From a virus (taxonomy: Duplodnaviria; Caudoviricetes), in IMG/VR virus record IMGVR_UViG_3300010381_000001, positions 1 through 39,350 of that record: 39,350 nucleotides of DNA; one strand, 5' to 3'. Shown here in pieces: positions 1-9,394 of the stretch. Position numbers and translations under genes: made by a program. Numbering within the stretch: the stretch's first letter is position 1; each line of letters starts with the position of its first letter. The notes below the pieces were generated by a model. That model did no database searches. It was not told the origin of the DNA and saw only the letters and a program-made list of their open reading frames with translations.

Positions 1-264
1 GATACATTCCAGCATAATGTAGTTTTATGATACAGCAATAAGCATTGCCACCCATTCCAGCAGATCATCCAGTCTTATGCTACTGTACTGCACCCCAAGT
101 GACAGGGTACAGCCGGAGGACATAGGGGGGGTGGGGTCAAAAGCTGGGGCAAGCCAGTGCCTCGACCCTCCCCGGCAATTTCTGAAAGGGGGGAATAGTA
201 CTATTCCAATCGATTCAGCACCTGTCAACTTGGCTTGCAGCCTGTAATTCCATAGCATTTCGAG

Positions 265-297
265 CATCAATAGAAGTCTCAAAATCCATGATACAAT
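265..297 (+). promoter_or_regulatory. Phage late-type promoter motif, copy 1
   Basis: CATCAATAG-N15-TGATACAAT; same spacing as seven other intergenic copies. Confidence 0.6.
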
Positions 298-544
298 TAT
301 ATTATAGACCTGAACAAATGCATTTAACGATACTTTTGAACCAAATTAGAACATGAATTTTTAAAAAAGTTTTATTGGTTTTCAGTCAGAGTTACTTATA
401 TATGTATCATACTATGCGAGTCTGACTGACCGTTTCCCGTAAATGCAGTTGTGTTAACGCTTTAAAGCCAATTTACTCCGACCGTTTCTGGTTCACGATT
501 TTTTCAAACTTGAACCTAAAAAGGTCGCATGAAGGAGACGCAAA

Positions 545-1129
545 ATGCCACAAAAAAGGATGCAGCAAAAGTATGTTAAAAACAGGAGTATAACGCAAGA
601 CGGAGAACTCACTAAGGACGATTATTACTTATTTTACGACCCGTTCAAGGAAGGTATAGGATATAACTTTAAATACCGTTCCGCGTTCGTAAAGAACTAT
701 CTTGGAATATCGCTTCCATATGGTGAAAATGGGTTCTCAGACCTTGAATTAGGGCGGATTTATCGTATAAGCAGGTTAATGTATTCAGATAGCAACCTGC
801 TGGCGCGAAGATCAAACAACAACATTGTGCCAATCACAAGAGACGAAATACAGCTTATGTTGAAGATGCACCGGACAAAGTTTGTACCGTTTTGGAAAAA
901 AGTCCTTGAATATCGGATTTTAAAGCCAATCAAATACCAGGATGAATATTATTTCTGCATGAATCCGCTCTACTATAATTCAACTACCTATATGCCAATT
1001 CACGTATATTTAGCGTTTCAAAACGACATTCAAGACCATTTACCCAAATGGGTTGTTGAAAAGTACCTTGACATGATACCTAAACCAGAAAATAAAGAAG
1101 AGGAGCAAAAAGATGTTTCAATTGTTTAA
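545..1129 (+). CDS. RepL-like winged-helix replication/maintenance protein
   Basis: 194 aa; RBS AAGGAG; HTH-like PITRDEIQLMLKMHRTKF followed by YFCMNPLYY, resembling the RepL-family NP-x-Y motif. Confidence 0.55.
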   Translation: MPQKRMQQKYVKNRSITQDGELTKDDYYLFYDPFKEGIGYNFKYRSAFVKNYLGISLPYGENGFSDLELGRIYRISRLMYSDSNLLARRSNNNIVPITRDEIQLMLKMHRTKFVPFWKKVLEYRILKPIKYQDEYYFCMNPLYYNSTTYMPIHVYLAFQNDIQDHLPKWVVEKYLDMIPKPENKEEEQKDVSIV

Positions 1130-1460
1130 GAGGAAAAAGAAGGAATCAGAATTTGAACGACTTGGAAGGTTTCTGGATGAATGCGAACATGCAGAAATGC
1201 TTTTTAGTGCGCTTGTCGGTTCGGTTCATAGCGACGTCGTACATTTTGATATTATACCGCTTTCCACCAACTGGAAAGAATCGTTCAAAGCGGAATTGCT
1301 GGACGCACAGGAATGTATCAATGATTGGTTTGAACCCTACGAAATGAATTATTTTAAGATGATGTTCGCTCTGGAGAGGATTAAAAGAAAGTACAGGATT
1401 GATTTTGACGAGGATGAATCAATCATAGACACCAATAAACCTGTTACTACTCTCAATTAA
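1113..1460 (+). CDS. Hypothetical phage protein
   Basis: 115 aa, RBS GAGGAG, overlaps the upstream stop. Confidence 0.7.
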   Translation: MFQLFKRKKKESEFERLGRFLDECEHAEMLFSALVGSVHSDVVHFDIIPLSTNWKESFKAELLDAQECINDWFEPYEMNYFKMMFALERIKRKYRIDFDEDESIIDTNKPVTTLN

Positions 1461-1486
1461 CAGAACGATGCTATGGAGGTAACCGT

Positions 1487-1726
1487 ATGAACCCACTCTA
1501 CCACAAACTCGCCCAAATCGCCTACAATACCGTCCTGCGTACTATGCTTGAAAATGAATCATCCCACGGCGACGAATGGCTGCATAAGTCTGTAGACTAC
1601 CACAAGCGCCACGCAATGGAACATGCAGAACTATCCTACACCGGCAACAGCAAAGAGGATGATAACGGGCATTGCCTGACAAGGTGTGCCATGGTGGAAT
1701 ATTTGGAGGCTGAACATGACGTATAG
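1487..1726 (+). CDS. DUF5664-like (dATP/dGTP diphosphohydrolase-related) small protein
   Basis: RBS GGAGGT; pattern W-x6-H-xx-HA-xx-H...G-xxx-ED-xx-GH-xxx-R-xx-M recalled as typical of this helical family. Confidence 0.5.
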   Translation: MNPLYHKLAQIAYNTVLRTMLENESSHGDEWLHKSVDYHKRHAMEHAELSYTGNSKEDDNGHCLTRCAMVEYLEAEHDV

Positions 1727-2000
1727 TAAAAAGATGCTGATTATTTATATCGGGGTAGTCAAGGAAAAGTTGAGACTTTTAATATGGTCCGCCTGGCAGA
1801 AAGCAAATCGCAAGTTGCTTAAGACGTATCCGCTTATCGAAGACCACGCAAGGTGCGAGGATTGCGGTAGGAATGTACATGATTTTCACGTGCCCGATGA
1901 AATATGGATAAAAGTATACGGCAATGAGGCAGGCACGCTCTGCTACGACTGTTTCTGTGATAGGTCTGACAAAATGGGTATGTGGTATCGGATAAATTAA
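1716..2000 (+). CDS. Small Zn-finger protein
   Basis: ATG after GGAGG; CEDC...LCYDCF. Confidence 0.65.
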   Translation: MTYSKKMLIIYIGVVKEKLRLLIWSAWQKANRKLLKTYPLIEDHARCEDCGRNVHDFHVPDEIWIKVYGNEAGTLCYDCFCDRSDKMGMWYRIN

Positions 2001-2020
2001 GTGTCTGAAAGGATGATAAC

Positions 2021-2218
2021 ATGCACTATTACGTCCAGCAGCAATTATTAACAGCAATCAGACTATCAATAAGCGAACTTGAACGTAATAAGCCTGACTT
2101 TGACGGTATAGCGGACTTGTTGGACGAATGTTCCGGTATGGTGAAACAGGAGAAGGATGAACTAAGGAGGCGAATAAACTGTGACAGTGACAGAACACGG
2201 CAAAGAAAGGATACATGA
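2021..2218 (+). CDS. Hypothetical protein
   Basis: 65 aa, RBS AAAGGA, in operon. Confidence 0.55.
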   Translation: MHYYVQQQLLTAIRLSISELERNKPDFDGIADLLDECSGMVKQEKDELRRRINCDSDRTRQRKDT

Positions 2219-2486
2219 ACGCTGCGGAATAAAGCTGAAAAGTGCTGAACGGCTTGCGAAGATTGCTTATGAGAAGGGATTGACTCATTCAGAGACAAAC
2301 GGCGCTTTGAACGGTTACATAAATTCGCTTTATCTGTACAACTGCACAGCAAACAATATCCGGATGTATGGCAATCAGATATACATATTCTGCAATGATA
2401 CGCTGGTAACGGTCTACGACACGCCTAAACGGTTCCAGAACACTGTAAATAAACTTATGCGGAAACGGAGAGAGAAAATTGGCTGA
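2181..2486 (+). CDS. Hypothetical protein, DUF4258/BrnT-RelE-like fold
   Basis: GTG after AAGGAGG; N-terminal TEHGKERIHER and C-terminal LVTVY motifs. Confidence 0.55.
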   Translation: MTVTEHGKERIHERCGIKLKSAERLAKIAYEKGLTHSETNGALNGYINSLYLYNCTANNIRMYGNQIYIFCNDTLVTVYDTPKRFQNTVNKLMRKRREKIG

Positions 2487-4353
2487 ACAAAATTTATACG
2501 AACTGATAATGTCTGGCAAGCTATCAAGGGATGAAATATTTAATATCCTCCAGCAAAACACGTTCACAGAAAAAGAGGAAATTATGATATTACAGCTTCT
2601 TGAATCTGAACGGAAGGAAGAAGCGCTAAAGGATAGTGAAATATTTGCAGAAGAATACATAAAAATTGTTGATAAAAACGGTAATCAAGTGCCTTTGAAG
2701 CACAATAGTGTACAGAGAAGGATACACGCTACAAAGAAAAAATTAAGGGGACAGGGCAAACTTGTTAGAATAATTGTTATCAAGCCCCGCCAGTGTGGCG
2801 TGTCTACCGGAACTCAAGGCGACATGCTTTGCAATACAGGTACAAAAGAGAATAGGACGGGTCTGATCGTAGCGCATACCCAAAATGCTACAGGAATAAT
2901 TTTTGAAAAAGCCCGGTATATGTACAACAATTTGCCGGAGATAGTGAAGCCACTGTTAAAAGCCTCAAACGCCAAAGAACTTGAATTCAATAGGCCAACC
3001 GGGTATAAGGGCAAGGGGAAAGGATTAAACAGCAAAATCAGTATTCAAACCGCTGGTGATGTTGGCATAGGCCGTGGTGATACCATACATTATTTTCATG
3101 GTTCAGAGGTGGCGTTCTGGCCTGCCCCGGAGGGCAAAGGCGTAAAGAAACAGCTTGCCGGTATTATGGCAGCAATGCCTAAAACGCTAGACACAGAAGC
3201 AATTTTGGAATCTACAGCGAATGGGTACAATGAATTCAAAGAACTATGTGACGAAGCTAAAGATGGCAAGAATGAATGGGTATTGCTTTTCTTTGCGTGG
3301 CACGACTTTGAATTGAACGTTATGGAATGCACGGATGAAGAATATCAAAGATTAATTGACAGCCTTGATAAGAAAATCTACGAATACCTTTTCGGAACTC
3401 CAAAACAACAGGGCATAGTCAAATTATATAACCTCACAAAAGAACAGGTTAAGTGGTGGATATGGACTTATAGAAACGATAATAACGGCGACTTTAACAT
3501 GATGAAACAGGAAAATCCTTCTTCATACGATGAAGCATTCATATCAACCGGAACGCCTGTGTTTGATAATGAAAAAGTTAATGCAAGAATAGCATATTTG
3601 CGTAAAAAGTATGAAAAAGTGCCTCCCAAAGTAGGCAGATTTACTTTTGAATGGGGCAATCCGGACACGCACGATTATATAAAAGACAACACAATAAAAT
3701 TTGTTGAGGATCCAAATGGATTTGTCACCATATACGAAGATAAACAAGATGGTTTCCCTTTTGTCATTGGTGGTGATACGAAGGGCGAGGGTAGAGACTT
3801 CTTCACAGGCAAAGTAATAAACAACGTTACTGGAAACCGCTGTGCTAAACTCCGTAACTGCTGGACGAATTCCAAACCTTACACGTGGCAAATGTACTGT
3901 TTGGGTAAATATTATAACCTTGCTTTGATTAGCATAGAAGTAAACTTTAACACAGCACCCATAGAAGAACTTGAACGGCTTCATTACCCACGGCTATATA
4001 CCAGGCGGCAATATGACAGCTTCACCAAAGAAGTACAGAATAAGCATGGTTGGAAAACGGACGGAAACACTCGCCCGCTTATCATAGACAAAGAAGTCAA
4101 TTTGATAGAAGAAAATATAGATTTGTTCAATGACATTGAATTTTTAGAAGAATGCTTAACGTTCATATACAAAGATGGCAGGCCAGATGCCATGGGCGGA
4201 AAACATGATGATATTCTGTTTGCTGACATGATAGGCAATGAAAGCCGTACACAGCAATCCTTTGAAGCCGAACGCGACCCCGAAACAGTTCACCGCAGCT
4301 TTGATGAAGATAACCTGCACGACAGAAACGACGATGATAGCCCGTGGAATTGA
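2479..4353 (+). CDS. terL: Terminase large subunit
   Basis: 624 aa; Walker A-like KPRQCGVST, Walker B-like FHGSEVAFW, coupling motif ESTANG, nuclease motifs IGGDT, IEVN, HDDILFA. Confidence 0.95.
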   Translation: MAEQNLYELIMSGKLSRDEIFNILQQNTFTEKEEIMILQLLESERKEEALKDSEIFAEEYIKIVDKNGNQVPLKHNSVQRRIHATKKKLRGQGKLVRIIVIKPRQCGVSTGTQGDMLCNTGTKENRTGLIVAHTQNATGIIFEKARYMYNNLPEIVKPLLKASNAKELEFNRPTGYKGKGKGLNSKISIQTAGDVGIGRGDTIHYFHGSEVAFWPAPEGKGVKKQLAGIMAAMPKTLDTEAILESTANGYNEFKELCDEAKDGKNEWVLLFFAWHDFELNVMECTDEEYQRLIDSLDKKIYEYLFGTPKQQGIVKLYNLTKEQVKWWIWTYRNDNNGDFNMMKQENPSSYDEAFISTGTPVFDNEKVNARIAYLRKKYEKVPPKVGRFTFEWGNPDTHDYIKDNTIKFVEDPNGFVTIYEDKQDGFPFVIGGDTKGEGRDFFTGKVINNVTGNRCAKLRNCWTNSKPYTWQMYCLGKYYNLALISIEVNFNTAPIEELERLHYPRLYTRRQYDSFTKEVQNKHGWKTDGNTRPLIIDKEVNLIEENIDLFNDIEFLEECLTFIYKDGRPDAMGGKHDDILFADMIGNESRTQQSFEAERDPETVHRSFDEDNLHDRNDDDSPWN

Positions 4354-4354
4354 G

Positions 4355-4387
4355 CAATGAAAGAGGTATGAAAAACCGTGATAGAAT
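4355..4387 (+). promoter_or_regulatory. Phage late-type promoter motif, copy 2
   Basis: CAATGAAAG-N15-TGATAGAAT. Confidence 0.6.
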
Positions 4388-4392
4388 TATAA

Positions 4393-4716
4393 GTGAAAGG
4401 AAGTGTGTTTTATATGCGCGATACAATTTATTGCCAGCCGCACGAATATTTTCAGATAAAACAAAAATATTTATCAAAAGCTTTATTTAGTGACATTCCA
4501 GCAAGGAACGACATAGTAAATTCCGTATACGAACAAATGAAGCTGCTCCGTGCCGACATTGATTATGCCTTTGTAAAAGATGGAGTTTTAAAGATTCTTG
4601 ATAAAGAAGGTTATAACGGCAACGTCGTGTACGAACCGAATCCTTTTTATAACCCTAATGTTCAAATAATTGTTAAGGGGCACAGCAAAATAGGTGAAAG
4701 GAAGGTGTTTATATAA
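4393..4716 (+). CDS. Hypothetical protein (true start may be the ATG near 4414)
   Basis: 107 aa ORF, stop overlaps the next start. Confidence 0.6.
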   Translation: MKGSVFYMRDTIYCQPHEYFQIKQKYLSKALFSDIPARNDIVNSVYEQMKLLRADIDYAFVKDGVLKILDKEGYNGNVVYEPNPFYNPNVQIIVKGHSKIGERKVFI

Positions 4717-4919
4717 TGCCGATTCAAATAGTTCATAGATTCATCTGTGGCATATGTTCTGAAACAACCGAATCCAGACCAATAACCTATATACCAATTG
4801 ATACCCTGCCAATTCCTCACATTCCCGAAGGATGGAAACAAATTGATGGTTTGTTAGTATGCCCAAAGCATGAAGCTAAGCGAATATTATTTGTTGATGG
4901 GAAGGAGATAACGCTGTGA
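4716..4919 (+). CDS. Small Zn-binding protein
   Basis: CGIC...PEGW...CPKH; translationally coupled. Confidence 0.65.
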   Translation: MPIQIVHRFICGICSETTESRPITYIPIDTLPIPHIPEGWKQIDGLLVCPKHEAKRILFVDGKEITL

Positions 4920-5224
4920 AACGCAGGATTGATGTATCTCAACTGAATGAACTCACGGATGGACAGAAACAAAAATTAAGGGAATGGTGGAAACCAGAAC
5001 CGGGCGATTGGTATTATTCGCCTTGTAATGATGGCACATACCAACCATATGGTTTATATATGTGGCACGATGACGGAATTGAAAAGTACAAACCATTACC
5101 AGCACTTGACATAGGACAAATGATAGAGTTGCTGCAAAATTGTGAAAAATATCCTGGGCATATTTCTATTTGGGATGGAAACCTTTGCGATAATTTGTTT
5201 GAAAAAGTCAAGGAGGTATTATGA
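4916..5224 (+). CDS. Hypothetical phage protein
   Basis: 102 aa, GTGA overlap, RBS AAGGAG. Confidence 0.7.
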   Translation: MKRRIDVSQLNELTDGQKQKLREWWKPEPGDWYYSPCNDGTYQPYGLYMWHDDGIEKYKPLPALDIGQMIELLQNCEKYPGHISIWDGNLCDNLFEKVKEVL

Positions 5225-5469
5225 TTAATCTACTTCTCATCCTCGCCATAGCCCTTATCCTTCTCATATCTACCTACACAGCCCTAATCTACGGCATACG
5301 GCTCGGCAAAGCCATGCAGAAGGACATTCCACCTGTGCCGATAGAGCCTGTCGTATCCGCCGTTAAGCGAGCGTACAAGCTGATTAAAAGCAAGGGACAT
5401 AAATCATATTTGCAGAAGAAATCTCCTAAAGACCCGGACAAAGATAAATATAACATAATGTATCAGTAA
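5221..5469 (+). CDS. Small membrane-anchored protein
   Basis: RBS AGGAGGT; N-terminal hydrophobic helix, basic tail. Confidence 0.7.
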   Translation: MINLLLILAIALILLISTYTALIYGIRLGKAMQKDIPPVPIEPVVSAVKRAYKLIKSKGHKSYLQKKSPKDPDKDKYNIMYQ

Positions 5470-5479
5470 AGGAGGATTT

Positions 5480-5689
5480 ATGCTCAATAACAGGTTATGC
5501 GATTACGACAAAAAACTGTGTCAATTCGATTATCATAACTGTGCAGAATGTGAACGTAACGTAGCTAAAATAAAATGCGACATAAGATATTGCACAAACA
5601 ACAACGACTACGGTGGCTGCAACTTTGATGTTGTAAACGGGTACACGGGTATTGACTGGCCGTGTGATGACTTTGAGGACGTATATTAG
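5480..5689 (+). CDS. Small Cys-rich protein
   Basis: RBS AAGGAGG; 8 Cys in 69 aa. Confidence 0.6.
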   Translation: MLNNRLCDYDKKLCQFDYHNCAECERNVAKIKCDIRYCTNNNDYGGCNFDVVNGYTGIDWPCDDFEDVY

Positions 5690-5721
5690 GCTATATGCCG
5701 GAAAGAGAGGATTTAAGAAAG

Positions 5722-6603
5722 ATGAAGTGTTTTTATCATGGAGATAGTGACGGAAAGTGTGCAGGCTTTTGGGTAGCCTTGAATGTCGGGCTTCACGATT
5801 ACGCAAAATACGATTCGCAATTCATTGAAATTGATTACAGAATGAAATTCCCACTTGAAACTATCCGCCCGAACGAACAGGTTTATATTGTTGATTACTC
5901 AATAAATCCTGATGAAATGCGGGAGCTTTTGAAGATCACCAAGGATATAACTTGGATAGACCACCACAAAACAGCTATCGAAAAATATGCAGGGTTTGAA
6001 CATGAAATTCGTGGCGTCCGGTATGACGGAATAGCTGGCTGTATGCTTACATATTGCTACATTCACCACATGACGGCGCGTGGTGATGGAGAAATAAAGC
6101 CTTTTGATTTATCAATGGCTGAAGATGCTCCACTATTTACAAAGCTTATAGCAGATTGGGACGTATGGAAGTTTGATTATGGCGACGATACTCGCTATTT
6201 TCAGGTGGCTTTCAATGCCTATGACTTCAATCCCCAAAGCAAGAACTGGGATAAGTTTTTTTGTTTCCCAGATGATGCAGGGCTTATAGTTCAAGGCATG
6301 ACAATGACAACTTACCGTGATAATTGGGCTAAAAACTACATGAAACTTGGCTTCAACACAAAATTTGAAGACAAAAAGTGTTTTGCTATAAACCTTGGAT
6401 ACTGCAACTCAGAGTATTTTAAGAGCCTCGAAAATGCAGATGTAGACATATTAATGCCATTCGTGTTTGACGGGAACCAATTTACAGTAAGCCTGTATTC
6501 AAAAACTGTAGATGTATCTGAGATTGCAAAGAAACACGGTGGCGGAGGACACAAAGGAGCTGCAGGGTTCCAATGTAAAGAACTTCCGTTTAAGAAAGTT
6601 TAG
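5722..6603 (+). CDS. DHH/DHHA1 family phosphoesterase
   Basis: YHGDSDG, IVDYS, WIDHHKT, ADWDVW and GGGGHKGAAGF motifs. Confidence 0.92.
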   Translation: MKCFYHGDSDGKCAGFWVALNVGLHDYAKYDSQFIEIDYRMKFPLETIRPNEQVYIVDYSINPDEMRELLKITKDITWIDHHKTAIEKYAGFEHEIRGVRYDGIAGCMLTYCYIHHMTARGDGEIKPFDLSMAEDAPLFTKLIADWDVWKFDYGDDTRYFQVAFNAYDFNPQSKNWDKFFCFPDDAGLIVQGMTMTTYRDNWAKNYMKLGFNTKFEDKKCFAINLGYCNSEYFKSLENADVDILMPFVFDGNQFTVSLYSKTVDVSEIAKKHGGGGHKGAAGFQCKELPFKKV

Positions 6604-6613
6604 GAGGTCACAC

Positions 6614-7042
6614 ATGCCAACTAAGGAACAGATTGAGCAGATAATCAAGGAATTGCAGAAGGTGTTGTCACTTCAAGACTGGGCGATCAACCTTTACCTT
6701 GTCAGCCAATATGAAATGAAAGATATTATGAAGGCCGACCACTACGATCACATTGGATGCTGCAAGCGTTTCCCAAATCAAAAGAATGCGCAAATTAGCT
6801 TAAATATTGACCATTCAAAGATTGAAGAATGCTGGTATCCCACCGTCATACATGAAATGTTGCATATCCATACTTGTGTGCTGGACGATATTGTAATGAA
6901 TATCACAGATGAAGGAAGTTTTGAACGTAAGCACTTCTTTTATGAGTCGGAAACGCTCAATTGCTCAATTGAACATATAATTACTGCTATTTACCCTGTA
7001 TCAAACTTTGACCATATATTGAAGCTCAGCACGGCGCAATAA
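6614..7042 (+). CDS. HExxH zinc-metallopeptidase-like protein
   Basis: ATG after AGGAGGT; VIHEMLHIH with a downstream Glu. Confidence 0.7.
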   Translation: MPTKEQIEQIIKELQKVLSLQDWAINLYLVSQYEMKDIMKADHYDHIGCCKRFPNQKNAQISLNIDHSKIEECWYPTVIHEMLHIHTCVLDDIVMNITDEGSFERKHFFYESETLNCSIEHIITAIYPVSNFDHILKLSTAQ

Positions 7043-7058
7043 GAACTCCTGTTTTCCA
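7031..7058. repeat. dif-like junction site F (left arm only well conserved)
   Basis: ACGGCGCAATA-AGAACT-CCTGTTTTCCA, overlapping the stop of the last accessory gene before the portal. Confidence 0.4.
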
Positions 7059-7067
7059 TGATAAAAT
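7035..7067 (+). promoter_or_regulatory. Phage late-type promoter motif, copy 3 (portal)
   Basis: CGCAATAAG-N15-TGATAAAAT. Confidence 0.6.
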
Positions 7068-7101
7068 TAAACTGTAGAGAAGCAATACGGGAGGTACATA
7101 T

Positions 7102-9162
7102 ATGTTCGGTATAGGCAAGAAGGAAGAAGATAAAAAACCCACATCACCCCACAACACGCAGGAAGAAAACAACCTTGTCTGCACGATTGACACCGCACAG
7201 CAGTATGCGGAGGGTGGCGTTCGGCATGATATTGAATCAGCGTGGGAAGATGAATACAAAATATACATGGGCGGCGGTAAGCAGTGGGACACATCAAAGG
7301 CACTGCGAAGCGAGAAGGGAAAGAAAAGGAACTTCAACAGCGAAGAAAACTTTGTCCTTCCGATGATGCGTAATATGTTAGCTCCGTTTTCTGTAGCCCC
7401 TTCCTTCAAAATATCCGGCGCAGAATCAACAGACGATACCGGTGCCGACTTATTGAACGACCTCATACCTTTTGTACTCTATCGCAACAAATTTTCTGAA
7501 AAGTGGAATAAAGGCGTAGAGCAGTTTGTTGCATATGGCCCTATTATCGGATATATCGGATATGACCAACACTGGATAGGCGGAACCGGCCCCGACAAAT
7601 GGGTAGGTGAGATTAAAACTGAATTTATAAAGAAAGATGAATTCTATCCCGACCCCGCCATATTAGACCTTGAAGAACGATTGCAGGATTGCTCATACAT
7701 CAACCGTAAACAGCGCAAAAAGTTATCCTGGTTCGCCGATACGTGGGAGAATGGCAAATATGTCATAGAGGATACGGAGAAGGTTGAAAAGGGCAAAGAG
7801 GATGAAGGGCAAGACCCGCAACAGGCAACATTAATTACTCACTTCCACAAGGGAGTACCTTACTTTGTACCGGACGAATGGAAGGAAATATTCCTTGAAA
7901 AAGCACGCGTAGCAGAGGAAGAAGCTAACCTGCCATATTATGCAAAGGATTTGAGAGATATGGCGGCAGGTACGCTAAAAGGCGTACATTGTGCGTACAA
8001 AGCCAATAACATCCTGCTTGACTATATACCTTACATCTATGACGATGGGCTTTATCCGTTCGTTTACAGGGTATTGTATGTGGACGAAAAGCAACCTTAC
8101 GGCATGGGCGAGATACGTAATGTTGTTATACCGCAGATCCTTCACAATAAGGCGGATGAAATTGAGTTGGGCGCAATGCTCGGACAAGGTTTGGGCGGAG
8201 CGTATTACAACAAAGGTTCCATATCGAATACGCAGCGCGATGAAGTTATGGACAATATCGCCAAAGCGAACTCATGGAACGAAGTTGACGACATAAACGG
8301 CATCCGCGAGAAAAAAGCCGTACAGGTGCCAGCCAGCATAACACAATACAAGGATGGCAAGAAGAACACAATCGACCTGATAACAGGCAATACAGCTATT
8401 GTGCAAGGTTTATCTATCGGTGCAAATGTACCGTTCAAGACGATACAGGAACTTGGCGCAAGGGCGGACTCAAATACCCGGCGTAAGGCGAAGATACTTG
8501 AAGGGTTCATGATTGAATTTGTCCAGCTCATTATAAATCGCATAGCACAATTCTATACAGAGGACAGAAAATACAGATTGCTTGGCGACAGGCGGGATAA
8601 AGAGCTACAGGCACAGGTTTATAAGGTATTGAAGGAAATTGCCAATGTGCCGCAAGGAACGCCGCCTGAGACGCAATTACAGGCTATGATAGACCTGCTG
8701 AAATATATCAAGATGCAGAAGCAAGCGCCGAAAACAGGCATATTCAAGCGTGATATGCTTGTTAAAACATGGGACAGGGAAATTGTTGGCAACGTTCCAA
8801 TGAAAGAAGAATTCGTCCCTGAGTTTGATGTAAAGGTTAAAATAGCCGAGGATAAACCGACCAACAGGGATTATTATACAACGCTTGCCGTACAGTTATT
8901 AGGTAAAGCGCTTGGAACACGGGCATTCTGGAAAACACTGGATGAAGGGAAATTCCCCGATACCGACGAGATACTTGCCGAATTAGACGAGCTTTCCAAA
9001 GCGCAGGCACAAGCGCAGCAACAGGCACAAAACGCAGCTATTCAGATGGAACAGCAGAATAAGCAGATGGATAAAGAGGCAAGCCTAGAAAAGATAGCAT
9101 TGCAGAATCAAAGCATGGAAAAACAGGTTGCTATGTCGGCAATGGCGAAGGGGGTAAGATGA
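7102..9162 (+). CDS. Portal protein, P22-like
   Basis: 686 aa after terL; FYPDP, GLYPFV, PYGMGEIRNVVIPQ motifs; Gln/Ala-rich C-terminal helix like the P22 barrel. Confidence 0.9.
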   Translation: MFGIGKKEEDKKPTSPHNTQEENNLVCTIDTAQQYAEGGVRHDIESAWEDEYKIYMGGGKQWDTSKALRSEKGKKRNFNSEENFVLPMMRNMLAPFSVAPSFKISGAESTDDTGADLLNDLIPFVLYRNKFSEKWNKGVEQFVAYGPIIGYIGYDQHWIGGTGPDKWVGEIKTEFIKKDEFYPDPAILDLEERLQDCSYINRKQRKKLSWFADTWENGKYVIEDTEKVEKGKEDEGQDPQQATLITHFHKGVPYFVPDEWKEIFLEKARVAEEEANLPYYAKDLRDMAAGTLKGVHCAYKANNILLDYIPYIYDDGLYPFVYRVLYVDEKQPYGMGEIRNVVIPQILHNKADEIELGAMLGQGLGGAYYNKGSISNTQRDEVMDNIAKANSWNEVDDINGIREKKAVQVPASITQYKDGKKNTIDLITGNTAIVQGLSIGANVPFKTIQELGARADSNTRRKAKILEGFMIEFVQLIINRIAQFYTEDRKYRLLGDRRDKELQAQVYKVLKEIANVPQGTPPETQLQAMIDLLKYIKMQKQAPKTGIFKRDMLVKTWDREIVGNVPMKEEFVPEFDVKVKIAEDKPTNRDYYTTLAVQLLGKALGTRAFWKTLDEGKFPDTDEILAELDELSKAQAQAQQQAQNAAIQMEQQNKQMDKEASLEKIALQNQSMEKQVAMSAMAKGVR

Positions 9163-9350
9163 TGAGCGAAGATACAGGAGCAGTTAAGGCGGTTATTGGT
9201 GATAGGGCAATATTTTGCTCGAAGTGTGGACACAAAATTGCGACTACGGCAGGGCTGAAACATGGATTAGGCAATGGCACGATTTATCTTGTCTGCAAGC
9301 ACAAGCAAGGCTCCGTGAAGTGCAGGACAGTAAATCAGATAGACTTATAA
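9159..9350 (+). CDS. Com-like zinc-ribbon protein
   Basis: CSKCGHKI...LVCKH...CRTVN resembles the Mu Com pattern. Confidence 0.6.
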   Translation: MMSEDTGAVKAVIGDRAIFCSKCGHKIATTAGLKHGLGNGTIYLVCKHKQGSVKCRTVNQIDL

Positions 9351-9353
9351 GGG

Positions 9354-9386
9354 CAATGAAAGACACTGCAAAAAGTGTGTTATTAT
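9354..9386 (+). promoter_or_regulatory. Phage late-type promoter motif, copy 4
   Basis: CAATGAAAG-N15-TGTTATTAT. Confidence 0.6.
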
Positions 9387-9394
9387 GAAAATAT

